Source of the DNA: an uncultured Alphaproteobacteria bacterium
GTDB lineage: Bacteria; Pseudomonadota; Alphaproteobacteria; Rs-D84
NCBI GenBank assembly: GCA_944389185.1
Contig: CALXLL010000001.1
Span: 93,014-157,013 of the forward strand
DNA length: 64,000 nucleotides
Direction of reading: 5' to 3'
Part shown: positions 47,357 through 57,156 of the stretch, piece after piece
How the letters are laid out: the number at the start of each line of letters is the position of its first letter
How positions within the stretch are numbered: the stretch's first letter is position 1
Notes under the pieces: model-generated
Database searches by the model: none
Told to the model about the DNA's origin: nothing
The model's input: only the letters and a program-made list of their open reading frames with translations
Position numbers and translations under genes: made by a program

Positions 47357-47596
47357 ATGACAACTTTTGATGAAGTAAAAAAATTAGTAGTAGAAAAGCT
47401 TAGCGTTTCTGAAGATAAAGTTACAGAAAATGCAAAGTTTATTGAAGATTTGGGTGCAGATTCTTTGGATGTCGTAGAATTTGTTATGGAAGTTGAAAAG
47501 CAATTCGGGGTCGAAATACCTGATGATGAAGCTGCTAAATTAAATACAGTTGGTGATGCAGTAAAATACATCGATGCACAGAGAGCTAAAAAATAA
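47357..47596 (+). CDS. acpP: acyl carrier protein
   Basis: [16 protein letters not shown] phosphopantetheine-attachment motif; 79 aa. Confidence 0.9.
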   Translation: MTTFDEVKKLVVEKLSVSEDKVTENAKFIEDLGADSLDVVEFVMEVEKQFGVEIPDDEAAKLNTVGDAVKYIDAQRAKK

Positions 47597-47620
47597 TAAC
47601 TTATCGTTATTAAACTTTTT

Positions 47621-47657
47621 CCGCTAAGCAATTTCTAAGCTTGGCGGATTTTTTTTT
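47621..47657 (+). terminator. rho-independent terminator after acpP
   Basis: ccgcuaagc/gcuuggcgg stem (one G-U pair) plus a 9-nt T-run. Confidence 0.5.
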
Positions 47658-47724
47658 CTGTATTTTTAAGTTAAAAACTTGTATTATACAAGCGTATAAT
47701 TAACTTTTAAAAGGATTCTTAAAT

Positions 47725-48978
47725 ATGAAAAGAGTAGTTATTACTGGTATGGGTATAGTTTCACCAGTTGGAACTGGCGTTGAATATGCGTGGAAAAATA
47801 TCGTTGCAGGAAAATCAGGGGTTCGTAAAATAGATTTGTTTGACGCTTCTGATTTGGCGTCACAAATTGCAGGCGTGCCAGTTTATGGTAGCGAGCCAGG
47901 GCAGTTTAACCCAGATACTGTTTTTGATGCCAAAGAACAAAGAAAAATGGATAAATGTATAATTTATGGCATGGTCGCTGCAGACGAAGCCATCAAAGAC
48001 GCTGGCTTGGATAATTATACGGGTAATAAAGAAAGAATAGGCGTATCAATAGGTGCCGGTATAGGTGGCTTGAATACTATTTATGATAATTGTGTAGAAC
48101 TTTATACAGGTGGTCCAAGACGAATCAGTCCTTTCTTTATACCAAAAGCAATCATAAATATGACAGCAGGTAACGTATCTATTAAATATGGGTTAAAAGG
48201 GCCTAATTTGTCTGTTGTCACAGCTTGCGCTTCCGCAGCACATTCTATCGGTGAAGCGGTTCGTTTAATTATGCATGGCGATGCAGATGTTATGGTGGCC
48301 GGTGGTGCAGAAGGGGCCGTAGGTAAAATTGGGGTTGCTGGTTTTGCCGCAATGAAGGCTTTAAGCACAAGAAATGATGACCCAGAAGCTGCTTCTAGAC
48401 CGTGGGATAAAAATCGTGACGGTTTTGTTATTGCTGAAGGAGCGGGTATATTGGTCCTTGAAGAATATGAACATGCCGTTGCTCGCGGTGCGAAAATATA
48501 TGCAGAAGTTGCAGGATACGGTTTGTCAGGTGATGCTTATCATATAACTGCACCTGCTGAAGGCGGTGAAGGTGGTTTGCGCGCAATGAAAGCTGCTTTA
48601 AAAGATGCCGGTTTAAAACCAGAAGATGTTGATTATATAAACGCTCATGGAACTTCTACTGGCTTAGGAGATTTAGGCGAACTTGAAGCCGTTAAAACTT
48701 TATTTAAGGATTTGCCTGTGTCTATGTCTTCTACCAAGTCCATGACAGGGCACTTGTTAGGTGCTGCCGGTGCTGTGGAAGCTATATTCTGTGTATTGGC
48801 GATTCGTGACGGTATAGTGCCTCCTACTATTAACTTACAAGACCCAGAAGATGCGGTTGGTAATTTTGATTTGGTCCCAAATAAAGCCAAAAAGCGCAAG
48901 GTTGATGTTGCAATAAGTAACTCTTTTGGTTTTGGGGGAACAAACGCAAGTCTGGTTTTAAAAAAATTAACTGATTAA
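47725..48978 (+). CDS. fabF: 3-oxoacyl-ACP synthase II
   Basis: Active-site Cys region VVTACASAAHS; His-His (NAHGTSTG ... HLLGAAG); 417 aa. Confidence 0.9.
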   Translation: MKRVVITGMGIVSPVGTGVEYAWKNIVAGKSGVRKIDLFDASDLASQIAGVPVYGSEPGQFNPDTVFDAKEQRKMDKCIIYGMVAADEAIKDAGLDNYTGNKERIGVSIGAGIGGLNTIYDNCVELYTGGPRRISPFFIPKAIINMTAGNVSIKYGLKGPNLSVVTACASAAHSIGEAVRLIMHGDADVMVAGGAEGAVGKIGVAGFAAMKALSTRNDDPEAASRPWDKNRDGFVIAEGAGILVLEEYEHAVARGAKIYAEVAGYGLSGDAYHITAPAEGGEGGLRAMKAALKDAGLKPEDVDYINAHGTSTGLGDLGELEAVKTLFKDLPVSMSSTKSMTGHLLGAAGAVEAIFCVLAIRDGIVPPTINLQDPEDAVGNFDLVPNKAKKRKVDVAISNSFGFGGTNASLVLKKLTD

Positions 48979-49010
48979 TTTGGTTGGAATCCTAGCAACT
49001 GGATACTAAA

Positions 49011-49050
49011 AAAACAAACGCAAGATTTTTGTCTTGCGTTTGTTTTTTCT
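49011..49050. terminator. bidirectional rho-independent terminator (fabF / acyl-CoA synthetase convergent)
   Basis: 12-bp perfect stem acaaacgcaaga/tcttgcgtttgt flanked by A- and T-runs. Confidence 0.5.
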
Positions 49051-49063
49051 GTATCATTACTTT

Positions 49064-50758
49064 TTATTTTTCTTCGTCTTTATCTAGTCCCATAGCCGTT
49101 TTTACAGGGTCTATGATGGGATCTATTAAAGTATTTTTAGCGCTGTCTAAAGTTCTTATTAATGCGCGCTTGATTTTACCGCTGATAGTCATTGGAAGTT
49201 CATCAACAAATTCTATAACGCGCGGGCATTTATACGTTGCTGTTCTGCTGCGGACGTGATCTTGTAACTGGCGGACCAATATGTCAGAAGGTTGAAAATA
49301 TTTGTTTGTTACAACAGTTGCCTTTATTGCCATGCCACGAGAAGGGTCTGGTATTCCTGTTACTGCAACTTCACGAACAGCAGGGTGTTCTAATAAAACG
49401 CTTTCTACTTCAAAAGGACTTACGCGATAACCAGATGTTTTTATCAGGTCGTCATTACGTCCTACAAACCAATAGTATCCGTCCGAATCGCGATAAGCTA
49501 CATCACCTGTGTGATAATAACCGTCACGGCAAGCTAAATTGGTTTTTTTGTCGTTCTTATAATACCCTTGAAATAAACCAACCGGGCGACCGTTCTTTAA
49601 TGAAATACATATTTCACCAACAGTTCCTTCGGGAACAGGGCGACCTTTTTCATCTAATAATTGTATGTCCCAACCTGCTGCTGGCATACCCATACTGCCT
49701 GGTTTTGGTTCTATCCACTGATTGTTGAATAATAATAAGCATGTTTCCGTTTGACCAAAACCTTCACGCATTTTTATACCGGTTTGTTCTAGGAACCGTT
49801 CGAATACTTCCGGATTCAAAGCTTCGCCGGCAATTTCTGCTTTTTTCAAAGAAGACAGGTCATATTTTGACATATCTGCATGAATCAGCATTTTATAAGC
49901 CGTTGGAGGAGCACAAAAAGAAGTAACGTGATTATCAGCAATTGCGCTTAATAAATCATGAGCGTTTGCTGCGCTAGAGAAATCATAAACGAATACGGTA
50001 GCGCCGGCAAGCCATTGACCATACATCTTTCCCCACGAGCATTTTGCCCAACCCGATTCGGATAAAGTGAAATGTATATCACCGTCAGAAAGTTGTTGCC
50101 AGAAAACAGCGGTATTTATATGGCCAAGCGGATAAGTGTAATTATGTGCAACCATTTTAGGCATATCGGTAGTTCCGCTTGTGAAGTAAAGCACCATTGT
50201 TTCTTCGTTGTTATTGGGGACTCGTTCAAAAGAATCGGGCATATTATTCAAAGATTGGGCAACTTCGGTATTATAAATAAGTTGTATTTGGTCTTCGCCG
50301 ATAGCTTCTTTTATTTCTTTTATTATGTGGCCGTCATCAAAAGCTATAATATTTTTAACGTTTGCGGTATCAATTCTGTATTTTATATCTTCGGCTTTTA
50401 ACTGATTCGTTGAAGGAATAGGAATAGCCCCGACTTTATGCATAGCCATCATAAGAATCCAGTATTCCCAGCGTCTTCTCATAAATAACAGAACAGTGTC
50501 GTTTTTATGGATACCTTTGCTTATCAAGAAGTTAGCGACTTTATTGGACATGATAGATAAATCTTTGAAAGAGAAAGTCTTTTTTTCTTTTGTATCGTCT
50601 GTCCAGAGTAAAGCAGTTTTATCTGGTGTTTCGTTTGCAAGCACATCTATTACATCATAAGCAAAGTTAAAATTATTTGGCACGTTTGGTATAGCGTTTT
50701 TTATATAATCATCATAATTATCGAAAGTATTTTTATTTAAAAATCTAAGGGCAAACAT
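49064..50758 (-). CDS. AMP-dependent acyl-CoA synthetase/ligase
   Basis: AMP-binding motif YFTSGTTDMPKMV; 564 aa; C-terminal ISGKIKR. Confidence 0.7.
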   Translation of the reverse strand: MFALRFLNKNTFDNYDDYIKNAIPNVPNNFNFAYDVIDVLANETPDKTALLWTDDTKEKKTFSFKDLSIMSNKVANFLISKGIHKNDTVLLFMRRRWEYWILMMAMHKVGAIPIPSTNQLKAEDIKYRIDTANVKNIIAFDDGHIIKEIKEAIGEDQIQLIYNTEVAQSLNNMPDSFERVPNNNEETMVLYFTSGTTDMPKMVAHNYTYPLGHINTAVFWQQLSDGDIHFTLSESGWAKCSWGKMYGQWLAGATVFVYDFSSAANAHDLLSAIADNHVTSFCAPPTAYKMLIHADMSKYDLSSLKKAEIAGEALNPEVFERFLEQTGIKMREGFGQTETCLLLFNNQWIEPKPGSMGMPAAGWDIQLLDEKGRPVPEGTVGEICISLKNGRPVGLFQGYYKNDKKTNLACRDGYYHTGDVAYRDSDGYYWFVGRNDDLIKTSGYRVSPFEVESVLLEHPAVREVAVTGIPDPSRGMAIKATVVTNKYFQPSDILVRQLQDHVRSRTATYKCPRVIEFVDELPMTISGKIKRALIRTLDSAKNTLIDPIIDPVKTAMGLDKDEEK

Positions 50759-50885
50759 ACATAAACCTCTTTGTTGAACAAGTGATAGTATTGCAGAAAA
50801 AAAAACGAATTAAAGCACAAATTGCTATAAAAATATTGATTTTTGTATAAATGAATAGCATAATTTGCGAACTATTAGTTTGATA

Positions 50886-50962
<77 letters not shown>

Positions 50963-50987
50963 GAAATACACACTAAAACGTCATAAA

Positions 50988-51019
50988 AACAAGTAATTTA
51001 CAAACTTGTTCATTTTTTT
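50988..51019 (+). terminator. hairpin plus T-run downstream of tRNA-Pro
   Basis: aacaagt-aatttacaa-acttgtt followed by cattttttt. Confidence 0.4.
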
Positions 51020-51041
51020 AGCTTTTTTATTTTGTGTTTGT

Positions 51042-51050
51042 TGTTATAAT
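51042..51050 (+). promoter_or_regulatory. extended -10 element (TGnTATAAT) upstream of the methyltransferase gene
   Basis: TGTTATAAT lies 36 nt upstream of the ATG at 51087. Confidence 0.35.
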
Positions 51051-51086
51051 GAAAAGCGCAACTTTTGTATATTCTAAGGGAAAAAT

Positions 51087-52220
51087 ATGATTGATTTGTT
51101 TGGCGATAATAATTTTATAGATTTTAGCTCGGATTTTTATACTAAGCACCTAATTACATACATCGGAAACAAAAGGGCGTTATTACCTTTTATAAACTCT
51201 GGTATAGAAACTGTAAAAAAAAGCTTGGGTATTGATAAACTATTTTGCTTAGATGGTTTTGCTGGTAGTGGTGTAGTATCAAGATTGTTAAAACACCATT
51301 CTAGAATTTTGCATTCTAATGACATAGAAAATTATTCTTATATAATTAATCAATGCTATTTATCAAATAAAAGTGATATCGATGAAAAATATATAAAAAA
51401 TATATTGGATATATTAAATAACATACCAGAAAAAGATTTATATGAAGGCTTTATAACCAAGAATTATTCTCCTAAAAATGACGACGACATAAAAGAAGGA
51501 GAAAGGGTTTTTTATACACATAAAAATGCCCTTATTATAGATACTATTAAAAAAATGATATTTGAAACTATACCGAAAGATAAGCAGAAGTTTTTTTTAA
51601 GTCCTTTACTTATAAATGCCTCTGTTCATACAAACACTTCAGGTGTTTTTAAAGGTTTTCATAAGAAAAATGGTATAGGTCATTTTGGGGGGGCAGGCGA
51701 AAACGCATTGACAAGAATAAAAGGAAAAATATTTTTAGAAAATCCTGTGTTTAGCGAAGAAGAATGTGAAGTAAGAGTTTTTAATCAAGATATAAATGAG
51801 CTAATAAAAAAAACAGAAAATCAGAATTATGATTTAGTTTATTATGATCCACCTTATAATCAGCACCCTTATGGATCTAATTATTTTATGTTAAATATTA
51901 TAGCGAATCCTTCAGAAGAAATAGAAATTCAAACAGGCGTAAGTGGAATAGCAAAAGACTGGTATAAATCTGCTTATAACAAAAAAGATGCTGCAATAGT
52001 TGCTTTGGAAGATTTGATAAAGAATACGAAGTCTAAATATATTTTGATATCTTATAATAATGAAGGAATAATACCATTTGATACTTTTAAAGATATATTA
52101 AATAGATATGGGAAAGTTTCTGTTTTAGAAAAAGATTATAATACATATAGGGGCTGTAGGAATTTAAATAATAGGGATATAAAAGTAAAAGAATTATTAT
52201 GGATTCTTGAAAAGAGGTAA
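51087..52220 (+). CDS. Type II N6-adenine DNA methyltransferase, alpha class (Dam-like motif order)
   Basis: YIGNKRALLPFI (Dam-like motif X), AdoMet motif I DGFAGSGVV, catalytic motif IV YYDPPY. 377 aa; very AT-rich. Confidence 0.75.
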   Translation: MIDLFGDNNFIDFSSDFYTKHLITYIGNKRALLPFINSGIETVKKSLGIDKLFCLDGFAGSGVVSRLLKHHSRILHSNDIENYSYIINQCYLSNKSDIDEKYIKNILDILNNIPEKDLYEGFITKNYSPKNDDDIKEGERVFYTHKNALIIDTIKKMIFETIPKDKQKFFLSPLLINASVHTNTSGVFKGFHKKNGIGHFGGAGENALTRIKGKIFLENPVFSEEECEVRVFNQDINELIKKTENQNYDLVYYDPPYNQHPYGSNYFMLNIIANPSEEIEIQTGVSGIAKDWYKSAYNKKDAAIVALEDLIKNTKSKYILISYNNEGIIPFDTFKDILNRYGKVSVLEKDYNTYRGCRNLNNRDIKVKELLWILEKR

Positions 52221-52224
52221 AAAA

Positions 52225-52923
52225 ATGAGTGACTCTGATTTATTAAGAAAGACTAGAAAAAATACTGTTATAAATCAAATTTCTAAATATCAAGAGAAAG
52301 AAATAAAAAGGGCTTTGGTAAACGTTGTTGAAAAAATACAAAAAGAATTTCCTAAAATTAGATTAAACTTTAAACCTACTTCTAAATTAAGTTTTATCGT
52401 AAAACATTTAAGGAAGCTTTTTCCTGATATCGATTTTCATTATAAATTTGATTCGTCTTTTATTTCTCCGGATGGCGGTTTTTTAAATCTTGAAGATTCT
52501 GAAGGTAATCTTTATCCTGTATTAATATCAGAAGTTAAAAATCAGGGGACTAATGATAAAAGACAAAAAGAAGGACTGTGCAAACAATCAAAAGGTAATG
52601 CCATAGAACGATTAGGCAAAAATGTTATTGGTTTAAGAGCTTATTTATTAAATGAAGGAATATTCCCATTTGTGTGTTTCGGATATGGATGTGATTTTGC
52701 AGAAGATTCTTCTATTCTTGATAGGGTTATAACAATAGGAATGTTTGGTGAATTGAATAAAACATACTTGGTTAATCAGGGACTGTTCAATAGGGGAAGT
52801 TTTTATTTTAGAGATAGCAAATGGTCGGTAGAAGAAATGACAGAGATAATGTATGATATTTGTAAAAGAAGTATACATTATTATTTTGCAAAATATGGAG
52901 AAGACATATTTTTAGAAAAATAA
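52225..52923 (+). CDS. EcoRI-family Type II restriction endonuclease
   Basis: Alignable by eye to R.EcoRI: FISPDGGFLNLEDSEGNLYPVLISEVKNQG vs SIKPDGGIVEVKDDYGEWRVVLVAEAKHQG (Asp91, Glu111, Lys113 equivalents conserved); GNAIERLGKNV vs GNAIERSHKNI; C-terminal KWSVEEMTEIMYDI vs EWDSKIMFEIMFDI. Start at the ATG preceded by AAGAGG, 4 nt after the methyltransferase stop (ORF track uses TTG at 52207). Confidence 0.8.
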   Translation: MSDSDLLRKTRKNTVINQISKYQEKEIKRALVNVVEKIQKEFPKIRLNFKPTSKLSFIVKHLRKLFPDIDFHYKFDSSFISPDGGFLNLEDSEGNLYPVLISEVKNQGTNDKRQKEGLCKQSKGNAIERLGKNVIGLRAYLLNEGIFPFVCFGYGCDFAEDSSILDRVITIGMFGELNKTYLVNQGLFNRGSFYFRDSKWSVEEMTEIMYDICKRSIHYYFAKYGEDIFLEK

Positions 52924-52933
52924 AATTTATATT

Positions 52934-53953
52934 ATGAAAAGAAAATTGCGCTGGTTTAAAACTTTATTCTTACCTCAGACCTTTTATGCTTTGGTCGCTG
53001 CTTTCGCAATCGCTGCTTTTTATATCGTCTTTTGCGTTTCTGCGGTTGAACAAAATATAACTTTTTCCGTTAAAAAAGGAAGCTCGGTTTCCGCAGTAGC
53101 TTATGCCTTGAAAAAAAATAATATCATCAATTCTATACCTGCTTTTAAAATATCGGTCCTTTTAAATGGTAATAATATTAAAAGTGGCGATTACGATATC
53201 CCAAAAAATGCTAGCGTTTATAAAATTGCTAAAATGCTGGCCACAGGTGATATCGCTTCTACTACTATCGTAATACCAGAAGGACTTACCGTTAAACAGA
53301 TTAAAGAACTTCTTAATAATAATCCAAACTTAACCGGCAGTATGACTTGCCAAGACGATTCGGCTAGCCCTGTGTGCAATCTGCAAGACGGGCAAATCTT
53401 CCCTGATACTTATACCGTTGCAAAAGGAACTTTGCGACTTGCCGTGCTGGAGCTTGCTTATAAAAAAATGCAAACTATTCAAAATAATTGGATTAAAGCC
53501 GGCGCAAAAGCGCCTAAACCTCTTAAAAACTGGAATGATGTCGTTACTTTGGCTTCAATAGTGCAAAAAGAAACTCCTGTCGCTAAAGAAATGCCAATAG
53601 TTGCCAGCGTTTACCTTAACCGACTGAATAAAAATATGCGTCTGCAAGCTGATCCTACTGTTGTATATGCTTTGACAAACGGTTTGGGCGATATGAAAGG
53701 TGAACCTTTGCTTCGTGGGCATTTAAAAATAGAAAGTCCTTATAATACTTATGCTAATAATGGTTTGCCGCCAGCACCTATCGCTAATGTCGGTAAAGAT
53801 GCTATCAAAGCCGTTCTTAATCCTGCAGATACAAATTATCTTTTCTTCGTCGCAGACGGAACGGGGGGACATAGGTTTGCTGAATCTTATGAACAACATA
53901 TGCAGAACCATGCTGACTGGCGCGAAATAAAAAAATTGCAAAATAAAAATTAA
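52934..53953 (+). CDS. mltG: endolytic murein transglycosylase MltG (YceG family)
   Basis: N-terminal TM; YceG signature ASIVQKETPVAKEMPIVASVYLNRL...LQADPTVVYAL. Confidence 0.75.
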   Translation: MKRKLRWFKTLFLPQTFYALVAAFAIAAFYIVFCVSAVEQNITFSVKKGSSVSAVAYALKKNNIINSIPAFKISVLLNGNNIKSGDYDIPKNASVYKIAKMLATGDIASTTIVIPEGLTVKQIKELLNNNPNLTGSMTCQDDSASPVCNLQDGQIFPDTYTVAKGTLRLAVLELAYKKMQTIQNNWIKAGAKAPKPLKNWNDVVTLASIVQKETPVAKEMPIVASVYLNRLNKNMRLQADPTVVYALTNGLGDMKGEPLLRGHLKIESPYNTYANNGLPPAPIANVGKDAIKAVLNPADTNYLFFVADGTGGHRFAESYEQHMQNHADWREIKKLQNKN

Positions 53954-54107
53954 AAAATCTGCATCGGTGATTTTTTATAATAAAATTCATTCTATTTTTT
54001 AATGATTTTTTGATTTTTAATATGCTTGATTAGCAAGCTTTACAGAAGTTTTTATGATTTTATTCCGAATCGGAAACTTTTTAGAGAGTAGCACATTTTT
54101 AAGCGTT

Positions 54108-54136
54108 TTGCAAAAATCTTTGTCCTTGCTTATAGC
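54108..54136 (+). promoter_or_regulatory. candidate sigma70 promoter for the OMP gene
   Basis: TTGCAA-17-TATAGC, ~72 nt upstream of the ATG at 54209. Confidence 0.25.
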
Positions 54137-54208
54137 TTTTGCCGCACTGTAAAATATAAATGACTAGGTAAAAAACTAGTTAGTTAAACAAAACCATAAG
54201 GATGGAAA

Positions 54209-54976
54209 ATGAGAAAAATAGTTTTGACTTCTTTGGTCGCAGTATTTGCTGTATCAGGTGCTCAGGCTGCTAATGTTATAAATGATAATCCGTTATATCG
54301 CCCGGGGGCAAATCAATTTTACAGCATGACTTCATTGTTGTCACATTCTGAAAACGCAGATTCTTGGGCGTTAGCAGAAAAATTCGGTTATGGAATAACA
54401 GATAAAGCTGCTATTTATATGAATACCGCTTTTAATGAATCTAACTGGTTTGATGGCATGGGTTGGAATAGCTTTGAAATCGGTGCAGATTATCGCTTGT
54501 TAGATGAAATGAACTGGAAAATTGATGCGTATGCTTTGTATGAATTAGGTCCAGTTTGGGGCGACCATATGTCTTTCCTAGATAAAAATTATACATCATA
54601 TAATTGGGGTATCGGTGTTAGAGCTGGTTATATGACAGAAATGTGGACGGTTGCAGGTCATGTAGAGTTTAATTATTTGAATAGCGAATCTTTCAATTGG
54701 GGTGACGATGGCTTCCATTCAATATTGGCTGGCGTAGACGGATTCTTATCTTTGAATCAAAATTGGGCACTGTTAATTGGTGCTGAATATACAGGCTGGT
54801 TAGATGACGAATTTGAAAACGCTGGATCGTGGGCCGCAAAGTTCGGTGCAAATTATAACATTGATGCTAATAAGTTCATCGGTGCTTATATATCTGGTGA
54901 AATGTCACATAGAACCGGTGATTGGGAAATCGCTAATGGTTTTGGTTTTGGCGCTAAATTCGGTATCCAATTCTAA
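54209..54976 (+). CDS. outer-membrane beta-barrel protein (porin-like), unknown family
   Basis: Signal peptide ending AQA; aromatic-rich alternating strands; C-terminal GIQF. Confidence 0.5.
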   Translation: MRKIVLTSLVAVFAVSGAQAANVINDNPLYRPGANQFYSMTSLLSHSENADSWALAEKFGYGITDKAAIYMNTAFNESNWFDGMGWNSFEIGADYRLLDEMNWKIDAYALYELGPVWGDHMSFLDKNYTSYNWGIGVRAGYMTEMWTVAGHVEFNYLNSESFNWGDDGFHSILAGVDGFLSLNQNWALLIGAEYTGWLDDEFENAGSWAAKFGANYNIDANKFIGAYISGEMSHRTGDWEIANGFGFGAKFGIQF

Positions 54977-55000
54977 AAACTTAAAAGTATTAAATATTAA

Positions 55001-55027
55001 AATCCGACCAAAAGGTCGGATTTTTTT
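55001..55027 (+). terminator. rho-independent terminator
   Basis: aatccgacc-aaaa-ggtcggatt hairpin plus ttttttt. Confidence 0.55.
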
Positions 55028-55092
55028 GTAAGATTTGCTTCCTGTTAAGTATTTTTATTAAAAATGTAAAAATATTTTTACGGGTTATTCAT

Positions 55093-55848
55093 ATGAAAAA
55101 TATTTTTCTTATTATTTTATGTCTTGTAATTGTTTCAAATAAAGCATTTGGAAATATATTAGATGTAAGCAGATTGTCGGATGAAAACGAGTTTTCAGCA
55201 AGCTTTGGCGTTGGATTTAAAACCGGTCTTAATAAGGCAGGAACAGCAGAAACTGACTTAGGTGCAGGTAAAGTAAAAGAATTGGGCTTAGAATTAGATT
55301 ACTCTTTTACTGATAATTTATCGTTTTCTTTTTCTACTGATAATTCTTATGCGGATTCGCAGATAGGAATAGATTATAAAATATTAAAGACTTTCCCTTT
55401 AAAACTACATTTTTTTAGTGATTATGGCATAGCTTGGACTAAAAAGGCCGCAGACGGCAAAAGAATAGGGCAGAATAATTTGGATGCAGGGTTTCGGTTT
55501 CATGGAATCGCTTGGGACGATTTTCAGTGGGCCGTTAAGTTTACAGGACAATATGTTTTTGCAGAAAGCGGTAATTTTTGGAACTTTGGCACTTCTTTAG
55601 AAACTATGTATTACTTTAAAGAAGATATGGCGGTAAAAATAGACTTTGAATACAATTTTGAAAATACAAATAAACCAATAATACAGTATGATAAATCGCT
55701 ATCCGTTGGTTTAATATATAATATCAATGAAAAAGCAGCGGTGCACCCTTATTTAAAATACCACTTTAAAACCGCAAATAATAAAAATGATATTTTGCAA
55801 CCAGACGATTTTTGGAAGTTGGCCTTGAAGTTTTCAATAGAGTTTTAG
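55093..55848 (+). CDS. outer-membrane beta-barrel protein, unknown family
   Basis: Signal peptide; beta-strand periodicity; C-terminal SIEF. Confidence 0.5.
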   Translation: MKNIFLIILCLVIVSNKAFGNILDVSRLSDENEFSASFGVGFKTGLNKAGTAETDLGAGKVKELGLELDYSFTDNLSFSFSTDNSYADSQIGIDYKILKTFPLKLHFFSDYGIAWTKKAADGKRIGQNNLDAGFRFHGIAWDDFQWAVKFTGQYVFAESGNFWNFGTSLETMYYFKEDMAVKIDFEYNFENTNKPIIQYDKSLSVGLIYNINEKAAVHPYLKYHFKTANNKNDILQPDDFWKLALKFSIEF

Positions 55849-55995
55849 TAAAAAAAATGCTATATTGACTTATTGTTTATTTGTATAATTTATTATTAAT
55901 ACAAAAGATTTTTTAGTAAAAATATTAGATTATAATTCATTTCTTGTAATATTAGTTTTTCTGGGTTTTTATGTGCGTAAGGCATAGATTTTTCC

Positions 55996-56024
55996 TTGAC
56001 AATAAAGGGGTTGAAGTTTATAGT
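55996..56024 (+). promoter_or_regulatory. near-consensus sigma70 promoter of the str operon
   Basis: TTGACA (55996..56001), a 17-nt spacer, then TATAGT (56019..56024). A leader of ~150 nt follows, with a ctttccg/cggaaag hairpin at 56031..56052. Confidence 0.45.
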
Positions 56025-56177
56025 ATATAAGCTTTCCGGGTAAAAGCGGAAAGAGAAAACACAAAAAATATGCTTATGTTTTTACAGATTTATAATCACG
56101 GGAACCCGTTGAAATAAGTCTGATAGGCGGTTTTTTTGTGCAGGTAAAGTATGCAAAAAAAAGAAAAGAGATTTTGA

Positions 56178-56549
56178 ATGCCAACAGTAAATCAACTGAT
56201 TCGGAAACCTCGTAAAAAGGTCGTTGTAAAAAGCACAGCGCCGGATATGATGGAATGTCCACAAAAACGTGGTGTTTGCACTCGTGTGTATACAACCACA
56301 CCTAAGAAACCTAACTCTGCACAACGTAAAGTTGCTCGTGTTAAACTGGCAAACGGTCGTGAAGTTACAGCTTATATACCTGGTGAAGGTCATAATTTAC
56401 AGGAACACAGTGTCGTTATGATACGTGGTGGTCGTGTAAAAGACTTACCTGGTGTTAAATATCACATTATTCGTGGTGTTTTAGATACAAAAGGCGTAGA
56501 AAGCAGAAAACAAGGTCGTTCTTTGTATGGTGCAAAGACAAAGAAATAA
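56178..56549 (+). CDS. rpsL: 30S ribosomal protein S12
   Basis: [14 protein letters not shown]...[14 protein letters not shown], essentially invariant S12. Confidence 0.95.
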   Translation: MPTVNQLIRKPRKKVVVKSTAPDMMECPQKRGVCTRVYTTTPKKPNSAQRKVARVKLANGREVTAYIPGEGHNLQEHSVVMIRGGRVKDLPGVKYHIIRGVLDTKGVESRKQGRSLYGAKTKK

Positions 56550-56636
56550 TAATTTAACAATACACATGGCTTTGTCATGTGAGTAATTTAAGCGATGTGT
56601 GTAAATCGCTTGGGTGAAGATAAAAAAGGAAAAATA

Positions 56637-57110
56637 ATGTCAAGACGTAAAAGAGCAACAAAACGTGAAATATTACCAGATTCCAAATATAATAATTTGG
56701 TAGTTGCAAAATGTATAAATACAGTTATGTGGGATGGTAAAAAAGAAGTTGCCGAACAAATAGTTTATGGTGCTTTGGATAGTTTGAAAAAAATAGCAAA
56801 AGATGGTGATGAATTGGCTACTTTTTTGGAAGCTGTCGATGCTTTAAAACCTTCTGTTGAAGTAAAAGGTCGTCGTGTTGGTGGGGCAACTTATCAAGTT
56901 CCTGTTGAAGTTCGTCCAGACCGTCAACAGACATTGGCTTTGCGTTGGTTGGTTATGTTTGCTCGTAAACGTGGCGAACGCTCTATGCAAGAAAGATTGT
57001 TTGGTGAATTGCGTGATGCTTTGAATGGTCAAGGTGGCGCGTTCAAGAAAAAGATTGATACTCATAAAATGGCGGAAGCAAATAAAGCATTTGCTCACTT
57101 CCGTTGGTAA
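56637..57110 (+). CDS. rpsG: 30S ribosomal protein S7
   Basis: Start at [18 protein letters not shown] (internal to the ORF-track ORF); ends ...KAFAHFRW. Confidence 0.9.
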   Translation: MSRRKRATKREILPDSKYNNLVVAKCINTVMWDGKKEVAEQIVYGALDSLKKIAKDGDELATFLEAVDALKPSVEVKGRRVGGATYQVPVEVRPDRQQTLALRWLVMFARKRGERSMQERLFGELRDALNGQGGAFKKKIDTHKMAEANKAFAHFRW

Positions 57111-57156
57111 TTTATTGGGACGAATAATAATAAAACAAAAAATAAGGAAAGAATAA

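Noticed and set aside
52207-52224. TTG start for the restriction endonuclease overlapping the methyltransferase stop
   Set aside because: The ATG at 52225 has a well-spaced AAGAGG Shine-Dalgarno sequence and gives an N-terminus that aligns better with EcoRI; the TTG extension is unnecessary.
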